DNA of 64,000 nucleotides, taken from an uncultured virus (IMG/VR IMGVR_UViG_3300009034_002461). Taxonomy: Duplodnaviria; Heunggongvirae; Uroviricota; Caudoviricetes. Position numbers and translations under genes: made by a program. Position 1 is the stretch's first letter. Each line of letters opens with the position of its first letter. The notes below the pieces were generated by a model. The model saw only the letters and a program-made list of their open reading frames with translations. It searched no databases and had not been told where the DNA came from. The DNA lies in IMG/VR virus record IMGVR_UViG_3300009034_002461; one strand, written 5' to 3'. This document shows, piece after piece, positions 8,541 through 18,457 of this stretch.

Positions 8541-8867
8541 TTAAAAAAGAAACCCTTCTTCTAATATTTCGTCATCAAAAATTTCAGTATCAATTTCTTT
8601 CATTGGATCTTCGCATATTGATGGGATTAATTTGAATAGTATTTTCTTAGGATGAGGTACTTTTACAAAAACCATATTTGTATCTCTTATAATATTTTCT
8701 ACAGTAGCAGCTATTCCATCATCAGTAAAATAAATAAAAATTAATTCTTTTTCAATTTGAACTTTATTTATTATTTTGTATATTTGGTCTATATCTGTGA
8801 TCAGCATGTGTGGCTTTCTGCCTCTATTAGATTTTTTCTTTATTTTTCTTTTTTTCTTTGATGTCAT
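8541..8867 (-). CDS. Hypothetical protein (basic N-terminus, acidic C-terminus)
   Basis: 108-aa co-oriented ORF. Confidence 0.7.
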   Translation of the reverse strand: MTSKKKRKIKKKSNRGRKPHMLITDIDQIYKIINKVQIEKELIFIYFTDDGIAATVENIIRDTNMVFVKVPHPKKILFKLIPSICEDPMKEIDTEIFDDEILEEGFLF

Positions 8868-8901
8868 TAATCGTTTCTACCCAAAATAAATATTTACTAA
8901 T

Positions 8902-9813
8902 TTAACTGTTGAATTTATGACCATCTTTTCTAATAGAATAAGCCAAATCTATAGATGGATAAGCATCATTTACACCAAAACCTTCTCCTTTTAATATTTT
9001 TTCATAAGATAATACATGTAAATTTGAAAAGCCATTAGAAAAATCTATTTTTGTAACTGTTTCATCATTTTTATCGATGATTTCTATACAACGATAAGTT
9101 TTGCTACCCGGGAAACAGTTACTATCTATGCATAATTGCCACTCAACAAGGGCTTTTTCCAAAGTCAATTTACCACAAATATAATCATAATTATATTCAA
9201 ACACAGTAGAATCTAATACTTTACCAAAGATCCAAATTAATATATCGAAACAATGTATTCCTATATTCGCAGCCAATCCACCAGATTGATCCTCTCTTCC
9301 TTTCCAGGAATATTTATACCATAACCCACGAGGAGTATAATATGTTAAATCTATCTTATAATTACTGTTATCTTCAGAATCTATTCTACGCTTCAATTCA
9401 ATTATAGACGGATGCAATCGTGCCTGTAGTATGACATTTATCTTTCTATTATATTTTTTCTCTATTTTGATCAATTCATCGCAATTATTTGGTGTAATTA
9501 CAAGCGGTTTCTCACAAATAACATCTGCACCTATTCTCATCCCATATCTTATATGAGCATCATGCAAATAATTTGGAGAACAAATTGATAAATAATCTAT
9601 TTTAATTCCCTTTGATATTAATTTCGAAATATGCCTATCAAATCTTTCAAATTCTTTAAAATACGCAACATCTAAAAAATATTTGTCTAGAATTCCGACA
9701 GAATCATGTGGATCTACAACTGCCAATAAATTATTACCAGTTTTTTTAATAGCTTCTATGTGACGCGGTGCTATATAGCCAGCAGCACCAGTTAATATAA
9801 AGTTTTTATTCAT
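8902..9813 (-). CDS. wbpB: UDP-GlcNAcA 3-dehydrogenase (Gfo/Idh/MocA, WbpB/WlbA type)
   Basis: GAAGYIAPRH, ICSPNYLHDAHIR, CEKPLV, SWKG...SGG.A.NIGIH.FD. Confidence 0.9.
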   Translation of the reverse strand: MNKNFILTGAAGYIAPRHIEAIKKTGNNLLAVVDPHDSVGILDKYFLDVAYFKEFERFDRHISKLISKGIKIDYLSICSPNYLHDAHIRYGMRIGADVICEKPLVITPNNCDELIKIEKKYNRKINVILQARLHPSIIELKRRIDSEDNSNYKIDLTYYTPRGLWYKYSWKGREDQSGGLAANIGIHCFDILIWIFGKVLDSTVFEYNYDYICGKLTLEKALVEWQLCIDSNCFPGSKTYRCIEIIDKNDETVTKIDFSNGFSNLHVLSYEKILKGEGFGVNDAYPSIDLAYSIRKDGHKFNS

Positions 9814-10946
9814 TTTATAGAAATTTTGTATCCATTCTTAATCAGATGTTCTGTAAAAGATGCAGCACTCCATGCAGACCACCATTCACCGTGAGCAATT
9901 TTTCTAAATGCTATATCTGCTGCTTCTGGTTTAATATTTTTACCATACCATGAATTCGTATAATTTCTAATAGATTTTGTAAATACATCACTATTGACAA
10001 ACATAACCATATCTGGGTATCTTTCTAAATTATATAAATCCATATCCATCATTTTAACAATATTTTTCCGCATATCTACAGCAACTTCTACATCACTTTC
10101 AAGAAACAATTTTAAAATGTCAAAATTTAATATTGGTGTGACGACTTCACAATTATGCACTGATTGAAAATCAGAGTACATAGAATAATAATACTTGCTA
10201 AAAAACGCATGCACAACATTTTTAGTCTCTAAGTTTTTATCAGTTATCTCTCTCAATAGTAGAAATAACTCGTTAAGAAAACTCATAGACATTATCCTTA
10301 TTTTGTCGTCTCCACTAAGAATCCTACCTATCATCTTCGCATATTTAACACCATGGTAAACACCATTAACAGGATATGATGATGTTCCATTGAGTTCTTT
10401 CCACGCATTATCAAAATCTAATCGCAAACCTTCTTCAATTGGACATATACAAAACTGATTAGGATACCATCCTTCGTATCTCATAATTTTTAAAAACTTT
10501 TCATGTTCTGGCGTTAAACAAATAAATAAAATATTACCTAACCAATCGTCTCCTCTTCTATTATATATTCTTCTAATTATGCCAGACAATAATCTGCTAT
10601 CATAACCGGAGGAATGGAACACAATATTATTTTTTTTATTATCCCAATATTTTTCAATAAAATCAGATAGAATTCTAATTATAGATATTTGAAAATATCT
10701 AACGGAGATTTTTTTACTTTTGAACTTCAATGCTGACAACTTATTTATAATATCCATATCTAATACGTCATAATAAGGAATGATATTTATCTCGTCAAAT
10801 AGCGTTTTGTGATCATTATAATAATATTTAGCAACATGGTTCTTATCTATTGTTAAATTTTCTGACAAAACATCATATATTCTAGATGATCTATCTCCGG
10901 TTTGCTTGTTTTCAAACAGTTTTTTTATTGATAATAATTTATTCAT
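9810..10946 (-). CDS. Asparagine synthase C-terminal-like (PP-loop) protein
   Basis: IVFHSSGYDSRLL PP-loop. No Ntn glutaminase domain is evident. Confidence 0.55.
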   Translation of the reverse strand: MNKLLSIKKLFENKQTGDRSSRIYDVLSENLTIDKNHVAKYYYNDHKTLFDEINIIPYYDVLDMDIINKLSALKFKSKKISVRYFQISIIRILSDFIEKYWDNKKNNIVFHSSGYDSRLLSGIIRRIYNRRGDDWLGNILFICLTPEHEKFLKIMRYEGWYPNQFCICPIEEGLRLDFDNAWKELNGTSSYPVNGVYHGVKYAKMIGRILSGDDKIRIMSMSFLNELFLLLREITDKNLETKNVVHAFFSKYYYSMYSDFQSVHNCEVVTPILNFDILKLFLESDVEVAVDMRKNIVKMMDMDLYNLERYPDMVMFVNSDVFTKSIRNYTNSWYGKNIKPEAADIAFRKIAHGEWWSAWSAASFTEHLIKNGYKISIK

Positions 10947-10958
10947 TATAGACAGTGT

Positions 10959-12185
10959 TTATTTTTTCCAAAACTCATTAAATCCATCGTTCATCCAATA
11001 TTTCCATTTCGATGGCATGTATGTAGTTCTAGAAACACCAGATACAGGATCACTAGCATACTCATCAAAATGTTCTCTTAAAATACTTTTTATCTTATCT
11101 TGATGATCCCATGATAAATTTAATGCATATGTATTCATCTGTTCTATCGTATTGTCATATGGCTGTCCTTTCCACTTCTTATATGCGTTATCATATGATT
11201 CAAAATCTACGTGTTGGAAAACAATATTTTTTGGTTCTACGGTAGGCAATCTAAACTTTATATGGTCATAACCTAATACTTTTATATATAAACTAATAGC
11301 CATACACTGCGGACATTTATTGCAATGCCGAAAACCGAACATGCAACTACGTTGATATTGTACTGATTCTGGATATCTCTCTATTAATAGCTGTTGAGCT
11401 TGTAAGTTTGATAATGCCCAAGTCGGGGAAGCAAATGTTATACCTGAAACTTTGGATCTATAATCAAATGAAAAAATACTTGTATTTAATCTTGTAGGTA
11501 TTAAATTTTCTTTCCATAATTTATTTGTGCCGAAACATAAACCTGTTAATATAATATTAGAACCATAGTAATAAGCTAATGGAATAGCAAAAATAAGCCA
11601 TTGTCTAGACATGCATCTATTAACAAGAAAATCCGTTATTATAATATTAGAATCGATATGCTTGCTATCATAAAATTTATTAGCAGTATTAATTCTTGCA
11701 TGCCATTGTCCTTCTGTGTTATACTGTATCCCAACAGTAAAACACCTTATAGGCAAACCTATTTCTTTTATCATACAAGCCAATCCAATCCCGTCTTTTC
11801 CAAGTCCATTGGCGCACATAACAGTACCATTATTAATAATTGAATCTTCTTCAACTATATTTCTTGCAGTTACGATAGATGGGCGATCATGCATCACTCT
11901 TCCATACGAATTGCTAATATGATTTAATTTAATGTGATCATTAATACATTGTAATTCTTTTTCTGTTAATTCATCAAATTCAAAATCATAATTATTCCAT
12001 GAAAAGAATTCTGACATCAGCAAACCAAACATAAAATTAACAAGATGTCTTGGAGTTTTAGAAACATTAACGTCATATACTATAGACACGCTGTTTCTCT
12101 TCATAAACAATAATGATTCTGGCCAAGAAAAACTTATAATACGCTTGCCTATACCAGTAATGATTTTTTGTGTTTTTTTTATCAT
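10959..12185 (-). CDS. PP-loop fold protein with Cys cluster (QueC/MurL-like)
   Basis: Degenerate NGLGKDG loop and RSCMFGFRHCNKCPQC (C-x6-CxxCxxC). Confidence 0.5.
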   Translation of the reverse strand: MIKKTQKIITGIGKRIISFSWPESLLFMKRNSVSIVYDVNVSKTPRHLVNFMFGLLMSEFFSWNNYDFEFDELTEKELQCINDHIKLNHISNSYGRVMHDRPSIVTARNIVEEDSIINNGTVMCANGLGKDGIGLACMIKEIGLPIRCFTVGIQYNTEGQWHARINTANKFYDSKHIDSNIIITDFLVNRCMSRQWLIFAIPLAYYYGSNIILTGLCFGTNKLWKENLIPTRLNTSIFSFDYRSKVSGITFASPTWALSNLQAQQLLIERYPESVQYQRSCMFGFRHCNKCPQCMAISLYIKVLGYDHIKFRLPTVEPKNIVFQHVDFESYDNAYKKWKGQPYDNTIEQMNTYALNLSWDHQDKIKSILREHFDEYASDPVSGVSRTTYMPSKWKYWMNDGFNEFWKK

Positions 12186-12961
12186 GGTAGATCCTCTGGA
12201 GATACAAATCTAGGATCAAGATACTCCAAATTATAATCGAGAATGTCCATCAGTTCATCGTTCAAATATCTTTTGAATTCGTTAATAACTTCTTGAGAGA
12301 ATTTTCTCATATAAAACCCTTTATCGTCATAATTTGGATCGTAATTATTTTTTTCAGTAAGAGGTTTTAAATCATAATCACTACCAGATGGATGTAGTTT
12401 TAAAAAAGTATTAACATATTCATCTAAATTCCGCTCTAAACCAAACGCATTTTTTATCATATCCATAGTGACATAGAAATTTTTTACAAGATTCTCATGT
12501 TTAATAAATATTGAACGATCATGCCTAATTGGATCATACATAAACTGTTCTACCCAATTCCAATGCACGGAATTCCAATAAAGAGTATACCAAAATACTC
12601 CAACTGTCTGTTTAAGAGCATTATTTAATTCTTCCCCATTAAATCTCTTTCGCAAACGACTTAGATAAGAGGCACATGGATGCCGTGTTGTTATTGCATA
12701 AAATATTTTCTTTTCTTTATTGGCTTTAACAAGATTATCATCTACTAAATCCAACAATTTGTTTATTGTTGCTGTTCTCTCTGCTTTCTTGCGTCTTACA
12801 GTCCAATCTCTACCAGTCCAATCTACATTCTCACGATATGGCCATGTTCTCATGCCCATAACATCCATAAAAACTTTAATGTTTTTAAAATTATTTTCTA
12901 AAACATATTTTAAATGATTTGTTCCAGATCTCGGAGCGCCATATATCTTTATATATTTCAT
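12182..12961 (-). CDS. Sulfotransferase
   Basis: 5'-PSB YGAPRSGTN, TRHPCASYLS, IKHENL. Confidence 0.75.
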   Translation of the reverse strand: MKYIKIYGAPRSGTNHLKYVLENNFKNIKVFMDVMGMRTWPYRENVDWTGRDWTVRRKKAERTATINKLLDLVDDNLVKANKEKKIFYAITTRHPCASYLSRLRKRFNGEELNNALKQTVGVFWYTLYWNSVHWNWVEQFMYDPIRHDRSIFIKHENLVKNFYVTMDMIKNAFGLERNLDEYVNTFLKLHPSGSDYDLKPLTEKNNYDPNYDDKGFYMRKFSQEVINEFKRYLNDELMDILDYNLEYLDPRFVSPEDLP

Positions 12962-13683
12962 GACCTCTGTTCTTTAATATAATTTATAACTTTTGTCGGT
13001 TCTTCTAACCAGACATCACCAGTTTTAATTACTATTTCAAAACGTTTCTTTAATTGTAAGAAAGTACAATCTTTTCTCTTATCAACCGGTCTTTGTAGTG
13101 GACAGTGGCAGTAATCTATTAACCACCCACCACATTCATATGCCTGTTGTATTCTTTTGTATGGATCAAAGTAAGAAAAAAATGGTGGTCCTTCCTCGTA
13201 AATTAACGGGCACCTGAATAGCATAAATAGTTGTATAATAGCATTTACGCCATCACATATAGTCATTACAGCATCATATCCAAATTGTTGAGCCACTGCC
13301 ACAGAAGGTGGATAAGAAGCATTATTACCAGGAACACAAAAAATATTTATTGGCATATCTAAAATATTTGACAATGACTGTTTACTTTCTTTTAATTCAA
13401 AATAAGCATTATCTCTTGTTATTATGCTATGTGAATATCCATGACTGGACACACCCCAACCCTCACTACATAAACCTAATATCTGCTTTCTATTCAACGT
13501 CATCATGCCATTATAACTACTCCCCTGAATATCCCGAATTTTGCCTATTTGATTTGCAACAACACATATATGTCCTGGGAAACCGAGTTCTCGATGTAAT
13601 GGTACTACATATTTAAACAAATCTTCCAATCCCTCATCGTATGTAATTGAATATGCCCATTTTGCATTATCAGGCCATTTCAT
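12958..13683 (-). CDS. Polysaccharide deacetylase family protein
   Basis: SITYDEG, SSHGYSH, FCVPG. Confidence 0.8.
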   Translation of the reverse strand: MKWPDNAKWAYSITYDEGLEDLFKYVVPLHRELGFPGHICVVANQIGKIRDIQGSSYNGMMTLNRKQILGLCSEGWGVSSHGYSHSIITRDNAYFELKESKQSLSNILDMPINIFCVPGNNASYPPSVAVAQQFGYDAVMTICDGVNAIIQLFMLFRCPLIYEEGPPFFSYFDPYKRIQQAYECGGWLIDYCHCPLQRPVDKRKDCTFLQLKKRFEIVIKTGDVWLEEPTKVINYIKEQRS

Positions 13684-14281
13684 TTTTATATCTCCAAGCT
13701 AACATATTACTAATACGTCCATTTTCTCTACCTAATGTCGCAACTTTAAATTTTAATTCTAAAAGATCAACCGGGTGAATTCCCAGCACTTGCCAATCAT
13801 ACGTTTCTGGTATCGCATGCTTTAGATATTCCAGTCTTTCTGTCGTATAGCTTCGCTTTCCATAAGGCATAGAAACAACAAGCAATTTTTTCGCAATATC
13901 AAATAATTTGTCTAAGGTGGGCTTCACATGCTCTTTTTCTCGTAACGCAGAAGGTCCACCAAACCACATTACAACGGGATATATATCATCAATAAGTTCA
14001 TCCACATACATCACATCGCCTTCAATAACTTTGCGTATCCACCGGAAAGCACTTGTTAAATCGATACACCGTTGATGATCTATCTCTAAAACATCTACAA
14101 TACGTCCTTGTAACTGTTCTTTAAAACAAAACTGCTCTGTGTTGGCTCCAATATATAATACAGGTTCATAATCCCAAATGTCAGGAATCGCTTTTTCCAT
14201 TTGTAATCGTCGTTCTTGTAAAATTTGTTCCCTACTCTTTATCATTATAATATCTTCCCTGCACAACATAGCCTTTGACAA
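13670..14281 (-). CDS. Class I SAM methyltransferase-like protein
   Basis: VLYIGA, VLEID, IEGDV, VSMPYG. Confidence 0.55.
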   Translation of the reverse strand: MSKAMLCREDIIMIKSREQILQERRLQMEKAIPDIWDYEPVLYIGANTEQFCFKEQLQGRIVDVLEIDHQRCIDLTSAFRWIRKVIEGDVMYVDELIDDIYPVVMWFGGPSALREKEHVKPTLDKLFDIAKKLLVVSMPYGKRSYTTERLEYLKHAIPETYDWQVLGIHPVDLLELKFKVATLGRENGRISNMLAWRYKNEMA

Positions 14282-15246
14282 GCTGGATGGAATCCTTTTT
14301 TTTCTATGCTATATGCAATATCACGCAATCTATCAAGATTCTGATATTTATTATATTCTAAAGCATTTCCAAAATATAAATTTATCCAACATCTATTACT
14401 AGCTACAAAAGACCCATCAGAAGATATTATATATCTTTCTCCATTTATAACTTCCTTTAGAATTCTACATATACCATTACACTTCCTCAATGTTGGAATT
14501 TCATGATAATATTTTTCTATTTCCTCTTTTGTAGCTAAATTTGGCAAGAAACTAGCTTTTGAGCATTTTTTTACTTGCTCATATAACAAATCAACATCGA
14601 TATTCCGCAAATCATCTGAATAATATATATTAGATGGTTTGATTTCGCAATTATTATCAAAATCTATTTTGCATGACTCTGGATAAACAATATTATAATG
14701 ATTAAACACCATCGATATTTTTGCATCTGATAAAGTTCGATAAAGCGGAAGCATATCGCTGATGTTATGTGGACTAATAGCATAACTAACTCTTATAGCG
14801 ACACCAGACTCTTTTAATTTCAGCGCTCCATTGAAAGCTCGTTCAAATGCACCTGGAACGCCCCTAATAAAATCATGTGTTTTTTCCAATCCATCGATGC
14901 TTACATTGATTGCACTACATTCTGATTTTAAGCAATCGAACCATTTATCTATATACCATCCATTAGTCGTTAATGCGAGATAAGATGTATTTGGAACTCC
15001 TTCTAACAACAAATCTAGCTTATCATATAATAATGGCTCAACACCATCAATTCTGATAAGATCTGGATTCAATTTGTTAAATATATAGTGCCATTCATAA
15101 TATTCTAGTTCTTTTTTATTCATCCAATTCTTATACAATCCTGATGATTCAGAATCGCGATTACCTATATCACACATTTTGCACTTCATATTACATCTAT
15201 TAGTTATGGAAACACTTATTTGAATCATTTTTTTATCCCAAGGCAT
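14245..15246 (-). CDS. Radical SAM protein
   Basis: TNRCNMKCKMC, GVEPLL, TTNG, VSIDG..THDFIRG. The true start may be MIQISV. Confidence 0.9.
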   Translation of the reverse strand: MPWDKKMIQISVSITNRCNMKCKMCDIGNRDSESSGLYKNWMNKKELEYYEWHYIFNKLNPDLIRIDGVEPLLYDKLDLLLEGVPNTSYLALTTNGWYIDKWFDCLKSECSAINVSIDGLEKTHDFIRGVPGAFERAFNGALKLKESGVAIRVSYAISPHNISDMLPLYRTLSDAKISMVFNHYNIVYPESCKIDFDNNCEIKPSNIYYSDDLRNIDVDLLYEQVKKCSKASFLPNLATKEEIEKYYHEIPTLRKCNGICRILKEVINGERYIISSDGSFVASNRCWINLYFGNALEYNKYQNLDRLRDIAYSIEKKGFHPACQRLCCAGKIL

Positions 15247-15812
15247 AAAATTATAAAACTGAATAATGATAATATATATGTATTATATTCTATGATATCT
15301 ATCATACTATCATATCTATCTTTAATATCTTCTATACACTTAAAATACCTAACATGTCCATTGCTATCGAATGAAGGCAAGCTAAATACAATGTGGTTTC
15401 CGCTTTCTATCCTATCAAGAATATCTAAATCGTTACTAATATGTTCAAAAAATTCACTGGCTATATATACTACATCTTTGCCTGTTTCAACGAAATCGAA
15501 TTCATTCAAATCTTGAGCTTTAAAAACAAATCTATCATCATTAACAGATTTCCTCGCCATCTCGATTGCCCTTATTGAAAAGTCATAGCCAATATATTCC
15601 TTTAATTTAGATGGCATATCATCACGCAAAATTGTAGCTATATGTCCAGGGCCACATCCTAAATCTATAACACAACATGGATTAAGTCTATGAATATAAT
15701 TAATACAATCTCTCCATATTGGAAAATAAATTATATCTTTGGGTTCTTTTTTGTATATCACAGATTCGTCATAGAACTTATTATAAAAATCTTTATTCCT
15801 CTCAACTCCCAT
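15225..15812 (-). CDS. Class I SAM methyltransferase
   Basis: VIDLGCGPG, GYDFS, EFFEHI. Confidence 0.9.
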   Translation of the reverse strand: MGVERNKDFYNKFYDESVIYKKEPKDIIYFPIWRDCINYIHRLNPCCVIDLGCGPGHIATILRDDMPSKLKEYIGYDFSIRAIEMARKSVNDDRFVFKAQDLNEFDFVETGKDVVYIASEFFEHISNDLDILDRIESGNHIVFSLPSFDSNGHVRYFKCIEDIKDRYDSMIDIIEYNTYILSLFSFIILCLGIKK

Positions 15813-16620
15813 ATATTAGTCCTTTTGTCAGAGCCCATGCTGAATATCCCTTTGTTCTAAAATTACAATTAGAGATATATCTTTCATATATCATCGACAA
15901 TGCTTTTTGCTCTAATTGTTGATTAATATCTTTTATAGCTATATATAACATAGGTATACCCCATCCGATAGAACCGGCATAAAGATTTTTAGCATTAGCT
16001 TTTTCAATAACTTTCACGGCTTTTTCTACCATATCAAAAGTATCTATACTCCCCATTATTTCTATTTCTCGAAGATGATGTACCATCATGGCTAGATGAA
16101 ATGGATCTTCTGGATGAAGACATTTTCCATTTGCTCTTCTATATCTCCAAATACCTTTATCTTGCTCATCCCTCAATACGGAAACAAGGTCTATAGCTTT
16201 TTTTATTTGACGATTATATGTATACAATAAAGCTGCGGCACTTGTAACATTAGGAACTATATAGTCGATCTCTGTAGAGCAATATTTCATCATCCCATTA
16301 TCATGACGCCCTATATCGTCAACGATATCGATTAAATCTCTAATAATTTCTATATCGCCATATTCATACAAAAATTCTATGCATGGCCATAGCGTATACA
16401 CGTACTTTGTATCTTTAGGAACACGAGTGCGCAATATTGTTTGCTCTGAATTAAGTGAAAAATTTCTTTTTTTAATCGCTTCATAACAATCTTGAGAGCT
16501 TAATCCCAATTTACATTTTGCATATCCCAAAAAAGCAAATCCATCAGCACTATCATTTTCATGATAGTTATTAGTTGCAGGAAACTCAATTGATGAAACT
16601 ATATTCTTTAAATTGTTCAT
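15802..16620 (-). CDS. Hypothetical helical protein (possible alpha/alpha-barrel sugar enzyme)
   Basis: 272 aa, Q..GIWRY motif, cluster context. Confidence 0.5.
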   Translation of the reverse strand: MNNLKNIVSSIEFPATNNYHENDSADGFAFLGYAKCKLGLSSQDCYEAIKKRNFSLNSEQTILRTRVPKDTKYVYTLWPCIEFLYEYGDIEIIRDLIDIVDDIGRHDNGMMKYCSTEIDYIVPNVTSAAALLYTYNRQIKKAIDLVSVLRDEQDKGIWRYRRANGKCLHPEDPFHLAMMVHHLREIEIMGSIDTFDMVEKAVKVIEKANAKNLYAGSIGWGIPMLYIAIKDINQQLEQKALSMIYERYISNCNFRTKGYSAWALTKGLIYGS

Positions 16621-16623
16621 ATA

Positions 16624-17409
16624 TTATACTAAAGACATTGAACCGGCATGCTCTTTACATTTCATAAGTTTAAGATATACATCTAATGGTAATCTATATT
16701 TAATATCGATATTATTTGTTTTAAAATATTGCGAAGAAGGATCGCTGTTAAATATAGATCGCCTATCAGAAATGTTATTTATCCCATTGATATTTACACT
16801 ATATTGCCAATTATCAGATTCGTCATATAAAACTTTCAATTGATTATTATTGATACTTTTGACATTTTTATATATCCAACCATCAACACATTTTTTTACA
16901 TCCTCATTGGGTAATTTTTTCATTAAATCGGTTCTACATGCCATATCCGCACCACAAGGATGCCCAGAGCTAGTTACATCATATAATTTAGTAGAATTAC
17001 TCGCCAAATCATACAAAACATGTGTTTTAGATTGTACCCAATCGGCTTCTTTCTGAAATAATTCGTGTGTCATTCTCAATCTATTAGGATTTGAATAACA
17101 ATCAGCCGCTTGCAGCAAAAAACAACGCGATGTATCAGATGCGTTATGAGCAATCACTCTCCATTTTTGTGACAATGGAATCCAATCCTTTAAATCTATA
17201 TATAACATTCTTTTACAATTCACATCTCGCAACCTGCCATAATATTCTTTCAATCTATCTTTACCGAAAACAAGATCATTATTTTCTTCTTCTGCAACTA
17301 TAAGTTCCCATTCGAAATCGATACATGCTTGTCTTGCTAACGATTCAAGAGCAATCCAACCAATATGTTTTGTTCTATACATTGGCAATGCAACAGTCAA
17401 TACAATCAT
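16624..17409 (-). CDS. GT2-like glycosyltransferase
   Basis: LTVALPMY...LESLARQ....WELIVAEE; LLQAADCYS.PNRL. Confidence 0.75.
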   Translation of the reverse strand: MIVLTVALPMYRTKHIGWIALESLARQACIDFEWELIVAEEENNDLVFGKDRLKEYYGRLRDVNCKRMLYIDLKDWIPLSQKWRVIAHNASDTSRCFLLQAADCYSNPNRLRMTHELFQKEADWVQSKTHVLYDLASNSTKLYDVTSSGHPCGADMACRTDLMKKLPNEDVKKCVDGWIYKNVKSINNNQLKVLYDESDNWQYSVNINGINNISDRRSIFNSDPSSQYFKTNNIDIKYRLPLDVYLKLMKCKEHAGSMSLV

Positions 17410-17410
17410 T

Positions 17411-18421
17411 TTATAATGTCTCCAATGTGTCTAAAATAATTTCACATGTATCTGGGTTATAATAAAAATTCTCATCCCTTGGCATTTCATAATCTTCAAA
17501 CCATCTTGATAAAGATTGGCATTCTTGTTCTAATATTCCATAGCCCTTTTCTATAACATCATCCCATTCTGTATACTTAAATGGTACAAAAATTTTCTTT
17601 CCGAAAAACGGACATAATTTTGTTACCCCTCCACTATCAGAAATTATACCTTTACAGCTACAAAGAAAAATGGATACAAAATTAGTAAATGTCCATGATC
17701 CTGCAAGTTTTATGTTACTAGGCAAAATTATATTGTGTTTATTTATAAACATCTTTGTGTGGGGATGCTCACAGAAATAAATATCTTTTCCATATTCTTT
17801 ACATTTATCAAATATTAGTTGTAAACGATCAACATTTAAATTTTGATAACGATGTATTGTCATCAATAAATAGTTCTCGTATCTTATATTTGGAAATTTT
17901 CCTTTTTTGGCATGTAGCAGAGAATATTCTAAATCACCTGTATAAATAGGATTAGAAACATTTTTTGCATCTTTTTTCCTTGATATGAAATGTATATTTG
18001 CTAATTCATCAGTTAAAATTCTATTAATTTCCTCTGGTCTATTTCTATCTCCGCATCTAATCCCTGCTTCTATGTGTGCTAGTGGGATATGTTTTTTATT
18101 TGCCGCAATTGACACCGCCAATGTGCTATTTGTATCACCAAAAGCTATTACAACATCTGGTTTTTCCTTTTCTATTAAAATACCGACTTTTTTTATGCAA
18201 TTTCCTAAAAAATCAGAATTTGACAAGTTTTTAATGCATAAATTATAGTCAAAGTCAATTTTTAATCCTAATTCGCGTTTAATAATACCACAAAGACTAG
18301 AAGAATGTTGATTTGTATCAACCAAAACATGTCGATGCTGATGTTTATCAGATAAAAAATGATATAGAGGCGCAACTTTTATATATTGCGGTCTTGTACC
18401 GATAATCGTCAATATTTTCAT
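17411..18421 (-). CDS. wecB: UDP-N-acetylglucosamine 2-epimerase (non-hydrolysing, WecB/WbpI family)
   Basis: IIGTRPQYIK, GDTNST, HIEAGIR, PEEINR, TIHR, SDSGG. Confidence 0.9.
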   Translation of the reverse strand: MKILTIIGTRPQYIKVAPLYHFLSDKHQHRHVLVDTNQHSSSLCGIIKRELGLKIDFDYNLCIKNLSNSDFLGNCIKKVGILIEKEKPDVVIAFGDTNSTLAVSIAANKKHIPLAHIEAGIRCGDRNRPEEINRILTDELANIHFISRKKDAKNVSNPIYTGDLEYSLLHAKKGKFPNIRYENYLLMTIHRYQNLNVDRLQLIFDKCKEYGKDIYFCEHPHTKMFINKHNIILPSNIKLAGSWTFTNFVSIFLCSCKGIISDSGGVTKLCPFFGKKIFVPFKYTEWDDVIEKGYGILEQECQSLSRWFEDYEMPRDENFYYNPDTCEIILDTLETL

Positions 18422-18457
18422 ATCTCTTTCTCTATTTCTGCAAATTACTATATATTT

